DNA of 64,000 nt from Candidatus Cloacimonadales bacterium (GCA_041654875.1 JBAZCP010000005.1:497-64496), one strand, 5' to 3'; positions 43,092 to 52,877 are shown, numbered from the stretch's first letter. Numbers and translations: made by a program. Notes: a model not told the origin generated them from the letters alone.

Positions 43092-44566
43092 GCAAAAACA
43101 AGTTAATTATTTTTATTGTTTTGTTATCATTTTTTGTAATAAATGCATGTAGTTTAAATCTTCTCTCAAAAATGAATAACGAAGAAATCGAACAACCAAT
43201 TGAAAGCTTTTTAAATGTTGATTCTCTGTATAATGTGATTGAAAGCCAGACATTGACTATCTTTGAATTACAAACAACGCTTGATAGCATTCTCTCAGCA
43301 GTGGATTCACTAAAACAAAATGAATTAGAAATTGAAAACTATCATATAATAAACAAGGAATTTAACTTTCCAGATGTATATGAATTTGCTGGTGTGAGCT
43401 TTGACTTAAAGAATGAAAGAATTAGGAATAAACTCGAGATTATCTACAACTATGAGGTAAAAAAAGCTTCTGTTTTTATTCCAAGAAGTGCATGCTATTT
43501 CCCATTATTTGAAACATATTTTGAGCAATATGATATACCTGACGATGTTAAATACTTAGCAGTTGCTGAAAGTAATTTAAGCTATATGGCATATTCATCT
43601 GTCGGTGCAGCTGGATTATGGCAGTTTATGCCAAGTACAGCAAAAATGTATCAACTCAAAATAGATAATTATTCAGATGAAAGACGTAATGTTTTTAAGT
43701 CTACTGAAGCAGCATGTAAATACTTGAGAGACAACTATAAAACATTGCAAAATCGTGGTATCGACGACTGGTTATTAGCTATGGCTGGTTATAATGCAGG
43801 TATTGGAAATATTTTGAAAACCATGAATGAACAAGGTGCACAAGACTTTTTTTCATTGATAATGAGACATGATGAAACCAATAATTATATCTGGCGAGCG
43901 ATTGCAATAAAAATGATCTTTGAATATGAAGAACAAATATTCGGAAAAAGATTTGATAGAGAAGAATATCTGCTTGCTAAAGCAAAGTTAGTAGATATTG
44001 AACTGAATGGTTATCACAATATAAATAATTGGGCAATAGCACAAGGAACGAACCTGTCCACAATTTGGGAGCTAAACCCATGGATAAAAATTAATAAGAG
44101 AAATCAAGGAAAATATTCAAAAATCAATCAAATACTTTTGCCGCCTGGAAAATACCAGATACTGCTACCTCATGATGCTCAAGCAGATAGTGTGGCTCTG
44201 GTAAACGTAGAAAAAACCCTCTTGAGCAAAACATCTACTGCTTATTCAGTAGATGGAGTTAACCACAAAATACAAAAAGGAGAAACTTTAAGTGGCATTG
44301 CAAAGAAATATGGTGTAACTGTATCTCAATTAAAGCAATGGAACAACTTATCATCAAATACTATAATAACAGGAAGAAACTTAATTATCAGTAATCAATC
44401 TAACAATAGAAAATATATTGTCAAAGATGGTGATAATTTATACAATATTTCGAAAAAATTAGGAATAAGTGTCCAACACTTAATGACAAAAAACAACTTG
44501 AAAAACACTACAGTAAATGGTAAGCAAATAATACTACTAAAAAAAGGTCAAACATTGGTTTACTAA
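43088..44566 (+). CDS. Lytic transglycosylase (SLT domain) lipoprotein with two LysM domains (MltD-like)
   Basis: Lipobox-like FFVINAC. SLT motif AVAESNLS...GAAGLWQFMPSTA. Two LysM repeats (HKIQKGETLSGIAKKYGV..., YIVKDGDNLYNISKKLGI...). Confidence 0.8.
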   Translation: MSKNKLIIFIVLLSFFVINACSLNLLSKMNNEEIEQPIESFLNVDSLYNVIESQTLTIFELQTTLDSILSAVDSLKQNELEIENYHIINKEFNFPDVYEFAGVSFDLKNERIRNKLEIIYNYEVKKASVFIPRSACYFPLFETYFEQYDIPDDVKYLAVAESNLSYMAYSSVGAAGLWQFMPSTAKMYQLKIDNYSDERRNVFKSTEAACKYLRDNYKTLQNRGIDDWLLAMAGYNAGIGNILKTMNEQGAQDFFSLIMRHDETNNYIWRAIAIKMIFEYEEQIFGKRFDREEYLLAKAKLVDIELNGYHNINNWAIAQGTNLSTIWELNPWIKINKRNQGKYSKINQILLPPGKYQILLPHDAQADSVALVNVEKTLLSKTSTAYSVDGVNHKIQKGETLSGIAKKYGVTVSQLKQWNNLSSNTIITGRNLIISNQSNNRKYIVKDGDNLYNISKKLGISVQHLMTKNNLKNTTVNGKQIILLKKGQTLVY

Positions 44567-45007
44567 ATGAATTGCACAATAAGAAAAATGACAGAGGAAG
44601 ATATACCTGACTCATTAGCTATTGAGTTAGACCTCGAGCAAGATACATGGGGAGTTGATGGGTTTAAGATATCTTTCATCCACGATGAGTCTTATGTTTT
44701 GATTGATAATAAAAACAATCAAATAATCGGATTTTTATTTGGTTATGAATCTTGTGATGAATTTAATATTTCTAATATTGCAATAAAAAATGAATATAGA
44801 AATAAAGGTTATGGTACGTATTTGTTAAAACAAATTATCCAAAAGAAAGAGCATATAAATAGCTTTTTCCTTGAGGTTCGCACAACAAATATACCAGCAC
44901 TAAAACTTTATGAAAAAATTGGCTTTTTACCCATGTATGTCAGAAAAGGTTACTATAATAACCCAGCGGGAGATGCCTTAGTTATGGGGTTGATTTGTGA
45001 TAGTTGA
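44567..45007 (+). CDS. GNAT N-acetyltransferase (RimI-like)
   Basis: 146 aa. Acetyl-CoA motif RNKGYGTYLL and FLEVRTTNIPALKLYEKIGF. Confidence 0.65.
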   Translation: MNCTIRKMTEEDIPDSLAIELDLEQDTWGVDGFKISFIHDESYVLIDNKNNQIIGFLFGYESCDEFNISNIAIKNEYRNKGYGTYLLKQIIQKKEHINSFFLEVRTTNIPALKLYEKIGFLPMYVRKGYYNNPAGDALVMGLICDS

Positions 45008-45091
45008 TCTACTGTATGAAAAATTTCAAACGCTTGAAAGTTGTACTCAAATAACTTTAAAGCTTACAATAATGAAAGTGAGCAAAGAATT

Positions 45092-46690
45092 ATGTATCAA
45101 TATGATTTTTTGGTGATTGGCTCTGGTGTTGCAGGGCTTGTATACGCTTTGGAAGTATCCCGATTAGGTAAAGTTGCTGTAATAACAAAAAAACTACTTA
45201 ACGATAGTAATTCTGACTATGCACAAGGAGGTATAGCAGCTGTTCTTGACCATCATGACACCTTTAGTGCACATGTACAAGATACATTTCATGCAGGGGC
45301 AGAACTTGGTAAGAAAAAAATCATCGAAACTATTGTAAAGGAAGGTCCTGAAGCAATAGAATATTTGATTAAAAAAGGAACATTGTTTACTGTAAAAAAC
45401 CCTCATTTAGATCGTTCAATCGAAAACTTATCTTTAACAAAAGAAGGTGGTCACTCAAAGCAACGCGTGGCTTATGCTGCAGATTCTACAGGGCATGAAA
45501 TTATGGAAGCCCTTATACAAAGCTGTATGAAAAACCCGCAAATAGATATATATGAAAACCACATAGCAGTTGATCTAATAACTCAGCATCATATACCCCA
45601 AACTGACGGCTTTATCCCTCGTATTACGTGCTGGGGAGCATATGTTTTAGATATAATAAGCGGTAAAATCAAAACCTTTGTTAGCAAAAAAACAATGCTT
45701 GCCACTGGTGGTGCCGCACAGGTGTATTTGCAAAACACAAACCCTGATGTAGCAACTGGTGATGGTATTGCAATGGCAAGATTAGCTGGAGCTCGTATAG
45801 CAAACATGGAGTTTATTCAATTTCATCCAACAGCCTTTTACTCTCCAGATGGTCATACATTTTTAATAACAGAAGCTTTAAGAGGGGAAGGTGCCGTTTT
45901 ACGATTACAAGATGGTAATACTTTTATGGAAAAGTATCACGAAATGGGTTCATTAGCACCTCGTGATATTGTATCGCGTGCAATAGATTTTGAATTAAAA
46001 AAGCGTGATGAAAGATTCGTTTATTTGGATACAAGCCCAGTAGAGAAAAACAAATTACAAACACATTTCCCATATATAGATAAAAAGTGTAAAAGACGGG
46101 GTATTGATTTTACAAAAGACTTTATTCCTGTTGCTCCTGCAGCACACTATTTTTGTGGAGGTGTTTTAGCGACTATAAATGGGGAAACTGATATAGCAAA
46201 CTTGTTTGCCGCTGGAGAAGTTGCCTGCACAGGCCTTCATGGAGCTAACAGGCTTGCTTCAAACTCACTTTTGGAAGCTTTAGTTGTTGCTAAAAGAGCA
46301 GGAAATCACCCATCCAATGATGAGCATGTTGACTTTCCACAAATCCCTGAGTGGCGTGATATTGGCTACTTTAATGAAAACGATTGGGTGGTTATCTCTC
46401 ATAATAGAGAAGTTGTAAAGCATACAATGCAAAATTATGTAGGAATAACACGCAGCAGAAGATTGCTCAAATATGCACAAACAAGATTAAACTCAATATA
46501 TCAAGAAATTGATAACTTTTATCATCACAACAATATCAGAAAAGAAGTGATAGAAACCAGAAATTTAGCGATCATTGCTAACCTGATTATAAAATCTGCT
46601 CTACAAAGAAAAGAAAGTCGTGGCTTGCATTTTGTTACAGATTTTGCAGACAGAAACGACGAACTTTTTCTTAAAGATACAATTATTTAG
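45092..46690 (+). CDS. nadB: L-aspartate oxidase
   Basis: In-frame ATG at 45092 gives MYQYDFLVIGSGVAGL, the FAD motif at the N-terminus. The ORF-track TTG at 45041 is less likely. Also contains HGANRLASNSLLE. Confidence 0.85.
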   Translation: MYQYDFLVIGSGVAGLVYALEVSRLGKVAVITKKLLNDSNSDYAQGGIAAVLDHHDTFSAHVQDTFHAGAELGKKKIIETIVKEGPEAIEYLIKKGTLFTVKNPHLDRSIENLSLTKEGGHSKQRVAYAADSTGHEIMEALIQSCMKNPQIDIYENHIAVDLITQHHIPQTDGFIPRITCWGAYVLDIISGKIKTFVSKKTMLATGGAAQVYLQNTNPDVATGDGIAMARLAGARIANMEFIQFHPTAFYSPDGHTFLITEALRGEGAVLRLQDGNTFMEKYHEMGSLAPRDIVSRAIDFELKKRDERFVYLDTSPVEKNKLQTHFPYIDKKCKRRGIDFTKDFIPVAPAAHYFCGGVLATINGETDIANLFAAGEVACTGLHGANRLASNSLLEALVVAKRAGNHPSNDEHVDFPQIPEWRDIGYFNENDWVVISHNREVVKHTMQNYVGITRSRRLLKYAQTRLNSIYQEIDNFYHHNNIRKEVIETRNLAIIANLIIKSALQRKESRGLHFVTDFADRNDELFLKDTII

Positions 46691-46767
46691 GATATATTAA
46701 GGTATTACGGAATTGTTTTTGCTTTTAGTTTATAAAATGTTATTATGTTATTATTAGGAGAGGTTTG

Positions 46768-47397
46768 ATGAATTCATTATTTATTACTTTTGAAGGAATA
46801 GAAGGCTGTGGTAAATCCACACAAGCGAAGCATTTATATGATTTTTTGGTCAATCAAGGTTATGAAGTTGTACAAACAAGAGAGCCTGGTGGAACTGAAA
46901 TAAGTGAAAAAATAAGAGATTTGATATTAGATTGTGAAAACTCGAAAATGAATAAAGAGACAGAAACATTATTATATATGGCTTCAAGAGCACAGCATAC
47001 CGAAAAACATATTATACCTGCGTTAAAATCTGGTAAAATAGTCATATGTGATCGCTATTTTGATTCCACTTTAGCCTATCAAGGATATGCACGAGGTATT
47101 AATATACAAACTATAAAAATGATTAACACCTTTGCAAGCTATGGCTTAAACCCAGACCTAACTTTTTATTTAGATATACCAGTTGAAGAGAGCATGAAAC
47201 GTATAAAAGATAAAAAACAAGATAGACTGGAAAAAGAGTCTGAAGAATTTCATCAAAAGGTAAAAGATGGGTTTGAACGAATCATGTTAGATAATCCACA
47301 AAGATTTATCTGTATCAATGGTCTATTAAGTATTTCCGATATTAGAAAAGAAATAGAGAATACAATTATTTGGAAGCTGAAAGAAGGGCAAAAATGA
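46768..47397 (+). CDS. tmk: Thymidylate kinase
   Basis: The ATG at 46768 lies 5 nt after AGGAGAGG. P-loop FEGIEGCGKSTQ. Confidence 0.9.
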   Translation: MNSLFITFEGIEGCGKSTQAKHLYDFLVNQGYEVVQTREPGGTEISEKIRDLILDCENSKMNKETETLLYMASRAQHTEKHIIPALKSGKIVICDRYFDSTLAYQGYARGINIQTIKMINTFASYGLNPDLTFYLDIPVEESMKRIKDKKQDRLEKESEEFHQKVKDGFERIMLDNPQRFICINGLLSISDIRKEIENTIIWKLKEGQK

Positions 47398-48992
47398 ACA
47401 TTTTAAGAAAAAACAAAATTATCTTCTACTCAATTTTAGTAATTTGGGTATTTTCAGGAACTTTAATATTTAATTACTCCATTGGCAATGCACAAAACCA
47501 AATGGATTCACAAGAGTTTTATAAGTACCTAAGGATTTTCAGAGATACAATAACCCTTATAAAGCAGAATTATATAGAAGATATTGATTTTAAAGACCTG
47601 TTTGAATACGCTATCGAAGGTATGTTAAATGACGTTGATCCTCATACCAACTTTATGAGACCAGAGGACTTTAAAGACTTTCAAACAAGTACTATGGGAG
47701 AGTTTGGAGGCTTAGGAATAACTATAGAAAAACAGGGAGAATATATAACGGTTGTCTCACCGATTGAAGGTACACCCGCATACAAAATGGGGATTCTTGC
47801 TGGTGATAAAATAGTAAAAGTTGATGGCGATAATGTTGTAGGAATTTCAACCGAAGACGTCATCAAAAAGATGCGTGGAGAAAAGGGATCTAAAGTATTG
47901 ATAACAATCTCAAGACCTGGTATTAAAAACACATTAGATTTCGAAATTATTAGAGATATAATAAAAATCAAAAGTATTCCTTATGCATTCAAGCTTGATA
48001 ACGGTGTCGGTTATATTAGAATTAGGCAATTTAATGCAAATACATCGCAAGAATTAAAAGAACAATTAAACAAGCTGGAAAACTTGGGAATTAGAGGACT
48101 CTTGATTGATTTACGCTTTAATCCTGGTGGACTTCTCAACGAAGCCATAGATACTGTAAATGAATTTATTGGCGGAAACAAGTTAGTAGTATTTACAAAA
48201 GGAAGAATTCCAAGATACAATCAAGAATACTACACACGATACAATCGTATACGAACAGGATATCCGGTTGTAGTTCTGGTTAACGAGGCAAGTGCAAGTG
48301 CATCAGAAATATTTGCAGGGTCACTACAAGATTGGGACAAAGGCTTAGTTGTTGGTAAAACAACATTTGGCAAAGGCTCAGTGCAGCAACTATTCCCATT
48401 AATAGATGACTATGGGATTAAAATAACAATCTCCAAATACTATATAAAGTCTGGACGCTGCATCCATAAAGATATTAATGATAAGATTTTAAGAGGTAAA
48501 GAAGTTACTGATGATGAAAAAGTAAAGATTGAAAAAGATATACACGATCATATTTATAAAACAGAAAATGGCAGAACTGTATATGGAGGTGGAGGTGTTA
48601 CCCCTGATATAGAGATAGAGCAAGATAAGCTAAACGACTTAGAAATGGAAATAAGAAGATTAAACTTATTCTTTAGTTACTCTGTTGAATATACTACCAC
48701 GCACGATATTGATGAAAATTTTATAGCAGATGACTCAGTCATTCAGGACTTTATGGAGTTTAGTAAAAACAAAGGGCTGAAGTATGAACAAAGTGCGGCA
48801 GATAGCTCTTATTCATACATAAAAAACTCTCTTACAAGTAGTATCATTGACAAAAAGTTCGGTGAAGTTGCTGGTTATAAAGCTGGTCTTTTGATTGATA
48901 AGCAGTTAATGGAAGCAATTTCTCTCTTTGATAAACATGAGACATTAGATGATATGTTTGAATATGCTAAAAGCATTGCTAAAGATAATTAA
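47394..48992 (+). CDS. ctp: Carboxy-terminal processing peptidase (S41) with PDZ domain
   Basis: The ATG at 47394 overlaps the tmk stop (ATGA). PDZ region (GILAGDKIVKVDG). S41 motifs DLRFNPGGLL and SASASEIFAG. Confidence 0.85.
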   Translation: MNILRKNKIIFYSILVIWVFSGTLIFNYSIGNAQNQMDSQEFYKYLRIFRDTITLIKQNYIEDIDFKDLFEYAIEGMLNDVDPHTNFMRPEDFKDFQTSTMGEFGGLGITIEKQGEYITVVSPIEGTPAYKMGILAGDKIVKVDGDNVVGISTEDVIKKMRGEKGSKVLITISRPGIKNTLDFEIIRDIIKIKSIPYAFKLDNGVGYIRIRQFNANTSQELKEQLNKLENLGIRGLLIDLRFNPGGLLNEAIDTVNEFIGGNKLVVFTKGRIPRYNQEYYTRYNRIRTGYPVVVLVNEASASASEIFAGSLQDWDKGLVVGKTTFGKGSVQQLFPLIDDYGIKITISKYYIKSGRCIHKDINDKILRGKEVTDDEKVKIEKDIHDHIYKTENGRTVYGGGGVTPDIEIEQDKLNDLEMEIRRLNLFFSYSVEYTTTHDIDENFIADDSVIQDFMEFSKNKGLKYEQSAADSSYSYIKNSLTSSIIDKKFGEVAGYKAGLLIDKQLMEAISLFDKHETLDDMFEYAKSIAKDN

Positions 48993-49023
48993 TAAGTATA
49001 AATCGAGAATAAACAAAAAACCG

Positions 49024-49052
49024 CTCATTTGAGCGGTTTTTTAATTATCAAT
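49024..49052. terminator. Bidirectional terminator between ctp and the convergent pfp
   Basis: AAAAAAA-CCGCTC-attt-GAGCGG-TTTTTT. Confidence 0.8.
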
Positions 49053-49058
49053 TTATTA

Positions 49059-50273
49059 TTATCTCAAGATTTTCTCAATCTTTGATGCCCTCAATCTTGC
49101 AGGTTGTTTGAACCCTGAACCAATTAATGGGCGACAATAAGAAAGAAATTGTTCTGTTACATAGTTACCATCTGAGTTAATATACTTATCAGGCATAAGC
49201 CTTGTCTTTGCTGCTATTTCAATAAGTGGCACAGGCTTATACTCAACAGCATAATCTCCAACACGTTGTATAGTAATAGAGCAGTCAATGTTATGCCAAA
49301 TAGCAAAATGTGCAGCCTTCTCCCCTACCTCTCTTGCTTCGATCTGATCGATATCAGATACACATGGCATGAATGAGCGCTGCAAATAGCCAAATGTATC
49401 AGCCCTTACACGACCAATTTTCAGATTCTTTTTGATATACTCTGACAATAAATCACCTAAAGCACCAGTACCAGAAAGCTGGACATTTCCATGAGCATCT
49501 CTTTCGACAGTATCTGTAAGTGTACTAATTATTGGGATTCCCTTTCTGTCTGTAATACCCTCAGAAACGGCGATTACACAACGTCCATATTTATCGTATG
49601 TAGTCTTAACGTCATTTAAGAACTTTTCTTTGTCAAAAGCCCTTTCTGGCAAGTATATTAAGTGCGGTCCATCATCTGGAAATTTCTTTGCCATTGCAGC
49701 AGCTGCAGTTAAAAAGCCTGCATGTCTTCCCATGACTACACCAATATAAACGCCTGGTAAAGATCTGTTATCTAAATTTGCACCCACAAATGATTCAGCT
49801 ACAAACCTTGCAGCAGAGCCATAGCCAGGTGTATGATCATTCAAAACTAAGTCATTGTCTATAGTTTTTGGGATATGTATTGCTCTAAAATCATAGTTTT
49901 CTGCTTTTGCTTTTTCATTAATAATTCGCACTGTATCGGACGAATCATTACCACCGATATAAAAGAAATATCTTACATCGTGTGCTTTTAGCACTTGAAA
50001 AGCTTGTGCACAATATGCTTCATCTGGTTTATCTCTTGTAGAAAGCAATGCAGATGATGCACTATTTGCCACCTGTTCTAAGTTATGATTTGTTTCTTGT
50101 GTTAAATCGAGAAAATCTTCATTTAATATGCCTCTTATACCATTTACAGCACCATATATTTTTGTAACTTGAGGAAACTTTCTGGATTCAAGAATTGCAC
50201 CAACTAAAGATTGATTGATTACAGCTGTGGGACCTCCCCCTTGAGCTATGACAACTTTTCCTTGTAACTTCAT
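49059..50273 (-). CDS. 6-phosphofructokinase, PPi-dependent-type signature
   Basis: 404 aa. Contains GGGPTAVIN. GGNDS has Asp where ATP-PFKs have Gly, and IPKTIDNDL has Lys where ATP-PFKs have Gly. Confidence 0.8.
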   Translation of the reverse strand: MKLQGKVVIAQGGGPTAVINQSLVGAILESRKFPQVTKIYGAVNGIRGILNEDFLDLTQETNHNLEQVANSASSALLSTRDKPDEAYCAQAFQVLKAHDVRYFFYIGGNDSSDTVRIINEKAKAENYDFRAIHIPKTIDNDLVLNDHTPGYGSAARFVAESFVGANLDNRSLPGVYIGVVMGRHAGFLTAAAAMAKKFPDDGPHLIYLPERAFDKEKFLNDVKTTYDKYGRCVIAVSEGITDRKGIPIISTLTDTVERDAHGNVQLSGTGALGDLLSEYIKKNLKIGRVRADTFGYLQRSFMPCVSDIDQIEAREVGEKAAHFAIWHNIDCSITIQRVGDYAVEYKPVPLIEIAAKTRLMPDKYINSDGNYVTEQFLSYCRPLIGSGFKQPARLRASKIEKILR

Positions 50274-50304
50274 CTAAAACCTCCATTATAGTTATTATTT
50301 ATTT

Positions 50305-50332
50305 AATATATATTTTCTCACTATTTTGTCAA
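50305..50332 (-). promoter_or_regulatory. Sigma70-type promoter for the phosphofructokinase gene
   Basis: On the minus strand, TTGACA (50332-50327), 16-nt spacer, TATATT (50310-50305). Confidence 0.5.
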
Positions 50333-50335
50333 TAA

Positions 50336-50366
50336 ATAAAAATGCCCTTCTTTAAACAAGAAGGGC
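50336..50366 (-). terminator. Rho-independent terminator after the T9SS-tailed protein gene
   Basis: GCCCTTCTT (50344-50352) / AAGAAGGGC (50358-50366). On the minus strand it is followed by ATTTTTATTTATT. Confidence 0.75.
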
Positions 50367-50385
50367 AAACTAATATTTGTTTGAT

Positions 50386-52200
50386 TTATTTCATCAAAAT
50401 GGCTCTTTTTACTTCTAAATTATTCTCTGTTTGCAATTTATAGTAATAAATGCCAGAGGGCATATTGGTTCCATTAACATCTTTACCATTCCAGTTCACT
50501 GTATGATTACCAGCGTTTTTAATATCATTTACTAAAGTTACAACTTTTTGCCCTTTACAATTATAAATAGATATATTTACCATTTCACTTTTATCTATTT
50601 GGTAGGCTATAGTTGTATTTGGGTTAAATGGATTAGGATAATTACCTTGCAATTGCTTTGTTTTGGCGATAGCATTATTGTCTGTTGCTACCCAAGCAAA
50701 GTCAGAAAGCATTCTGCTTGCTACAAATCTTCCATCTACTCTTTCGTGAGGGATACATGCCATTGTTATTGTTCCACTTGGTACGGGTGTTTCTATATAA
50801 TCTTCATCATAAAAAGATGTGCGGAAATTAGCATTACCTGTACCGTCTGTAATAGGATAAACACTTCCTACTTCAAAATCTCCAGATGCATTAACAAAAG
50901 TAAGACCACTAATTGCAACAAGCCTGGATTCATACATATCAAAGTTTGAGTTAAGTTGTTGAATTGTTATTGAAATAGCGGTAACAGGGTTGTTTGAAGA
51001 GCTTGGTGCTGTTATATTTACTGTTGGAATAAACTGCAACATTCCATTAAATGTTTCAATTTTTCCTGACAATCCAGTTATTCCATCGCCTATATTGAAA
51101 TTAGTACTAATAACGTTTGAATAGTCATCAATAAGAATTCCTGCATTTGCGTCTTGTACAAAGATTTGATTTCTAAAGCTTTGTGTAAACGACACTATCA
51201 CTTCACCTGTTACTGTATATATTGTCACGCCATCGTCGTTTTGTTGCCTTAATTCACTTAAATTAGCCACAGCTACAGCAAATGAGTAGGTTGCAGAAGT
51301 TGTATTACTTGGTGTAAAATTATCTTTATAGGCTTTTGCTTTCAGAATAGTTGTTTCAGAAATAGTTATTGGATTTGAATATAAAGTTGACGACTCTGTT
51401 GGTTCATCACCATTAATTGTGTAATAGATTTGTGCACCTGCTGTTGGACAAGTAATAGAGACGGAAATAGGCTCACTATAAACACCGCCTGCGGGGTCAA
51501 AGCTTGGTGCTAAAACAATATCACCAGCTGTGCTGCTAAATGTTATGTTATCATATCTGTAAGTACCACCAGTACCATAACTACCTGTTGGGTTTGCAGG
51601 TCCATAAGCGTTTGTACCTGAAACAAAGGCTGATACAATTCTTATTCCAAAATTTGCGTTGTTATTAACTTCTTGAATTGAAGCAAAACTTGCAGAGCGG
51701 TAAAACCAAGTACCCCCAGCGTCAACAATATATAAGCCATTATCATAAGCAGATTCATTGTTGGTGATTGTATTTGTATTGCTTGCATTTGCAGCATTTG
51801 CATCAAAATCTATCCAATTTACGCCATCAATTGTGTACTGAAGACACATGCGACTTGAGCCTGTATTGCTATTCCTTTGGTGCCAGCTAATTTCGACATT
51901 TTCTTTACCAACTGTTGATACCATTGCTTGAATGCCGGCAGTCTTGTTGCCTGTTCCTTGAGCAGGATATCCAGTAGATTGAAGAGCTAAGCCGCCAGAG
52001 CCTGAACCTGTAAAGCCTGTGAGAAATTCGTAACTTATATCTCCAATTGTGGTCAATACACCGTCTCCTTCAGCTGGAATAAAGTTACTATTTTCAAAAT
52101 CCCAGTAAGTAAAAGATGTTTGGGCATAAAGCATGCCAAAAGAGAAAAGAACAAGCAATATGAGCATTGTGTTTTTAATTGTTAAACTTTTAACCTTCAT
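50386..52200 (-). CDS. Secreted multidomain protein with CHB_HEX_C-like domain and T9SS (Por) C-terminal sorting domain
   Basis: The ATG at 52200 follows GGAGGA. Signal peptide present. YYTINGDEPTESSTLYSNPITISETTILKAKAY is a chitobiase C-terminal-like segment. The C-terminus is YPNPFNPNTTIAYQI...SGIYYYKLQTENNLEVKRAILMK. Confidence 0.7.
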   Translation of the reverse strand: MKVKSLTIKNTMLILLVLFSFGMLYAQTSFTYWDFENSNFIPAEGDGVLTTIGDISYEFLTGFTGSGSGGLALQSTGYPAQGTGNKTAGIQAMVSTVGKENVEISWHQRNSNTGSSRMCLQYTIDGVNWIDFDANAANASNTNTITNNESAYDNGLYIVDAGGTWFYRSASFASIQEVNNNANFGIRIVSAFVSGTNAYGPANPTGSYGTGGTYRYDNITFSSTAGDIVLAPSFDPAGGVYSEPISVSITCPTAGAQIYYTINGDEPTESSTLYSNPITISETTILKAKAYKDNFTPSNTTSATYSFAVAVANLSELRQQNDDGVTIYTVTGEVIVSFTQSFRNQIFVQDANAGILIDDYSNVISTNFNIGDGITGLSGKIETFNGMLQFIPTVNITAPSSSNNPVTAISITIQQLNSNFDMYESRLVAISGLTFVNASGDFEVGSVYPITDGTGNANFRTSFYDEDYIETPVPSGTITMACIPHERVDGRFVASRMLSDFAWVATDNNAIAKTKQLQGNYPNPFNPNTTIAYQIDKSEMVNISIYNCKGQKVVTLVNDIKNAGNHTVNWNGKDVNGTNMPSGIYYYKLQTENNLEVKRAILMK

Positions 52201-52406
52201 ATTATCCTCCATTCAATATTTAAACCAGATTATAAAACATGGAAAATATGGCAAGAATTTTTATTAAAAAAGTTTAAGAAAGAATCCATTGTATATAATA
52301 ATCATATAAATAGATTTTTTTTACTCAACAAAAGTAGTCAATCAATGAAAATATTTCAATCATTATCCAATCTTTTTATCAACTAAAATTCTTACCCCAA
52401 TATATT

Positions 52407-52435
52407 TTGACACCTTGATGCTTTATAAATATAAT
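52407..52435 (+). promoter_or_regulatory. Perfect-consensus sigma70 promoter with no adjacent ORF (fires into repeat copy 3)
   Basis: TTGACA (52407-52412), exactly 17 nt, TATAAT (52430-52435). Confidence 0.6.
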
Positions 52436-52529
52436 GTATCTGTGTTGGCAGAAAAGGAACAGCAAAAATCATAGATGTATAACATAAAAAATGCTTTTGG
52501 GGATGCAAATTATCATATTGTCGTAAAGT

Positions 52530-52620
52530 ATTACAATCCCGTTAGATTCCCCTTTGATTCCCCCTGCTATCTTTGAGAATGAATGGATATATAGTAGACA
52601 TATAAGAGGCATATAAGAGG
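52530..52620. repeat. Copy 3 of the three-copy intergenic element (core inverted relative to copies 1 and 2; 2 x CATATAAGAGG 11-mers)
   Basis: The core at 52545-52586 matches the reverse complement of 8095-8136 at 36 of 42 positions (hand count). One ATCCCGTTA unit at 52536-52544. 11-mers at 52599-52609 and 52610-52620. Confidence 0.8.
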
Positions 52621-52831
52621 TTTTAAATGGGTATTATAATAATATTATGGGTAGCAAGCTTATTAAAAATAAGTACAAGGTTTATATGATTTTCATTGTT
52701 TTGATAGAAATAAAAGATATACCTCAAGCTAAAATAGTCATTTTTGGCAGCAATTTTTTGGCATAAGTTTTGTTTTTTTGTATACCAAAAACTGCAAACT
52801 CAATTTTATTTAAAGAAAATCATAATTTTTA

Positions 52832-52860
52832 TTGACAAGAATAATTTTTTTTTATATATA
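52832..52860 (+). promoter_or_regulatory. Sigma70-type promoter for the Y_Y_Y/PP2C sensor operon
   Basis: TTGACA (52832-52837), 17-nt spacer, TATATA (52855-52860), AAGGAG at 52869-52874, ATG at 52878. Confidence 0.5.
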
Positions 52861-52877
52861 GTCTGATCAAGGAGTTT

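Noticed and set aside
52475-52576. A 33-codon ORF (MYNIKNAFGDANYHIVVKYYNPVRFPFDSPCYL*) running through the core of element copy 3.
   Set aside because: The nearest SD-like sequence (AAGGAA) is about 15 nt from the ATG. In copy 1 the equivalent frame is interrupted by a TAA just upstream of the core, and copy 2 has indels. The conservation is therefore at nucleotide or structure level, not coding.
52758-52773. TTGGCATAAGTTTTGT as a second sigma54 promoter.
   Set aside because: The -12 element has GT instead of the near-invariant GC. It is recorded only as a similarity to the fliJ promoter, not called as a feature.
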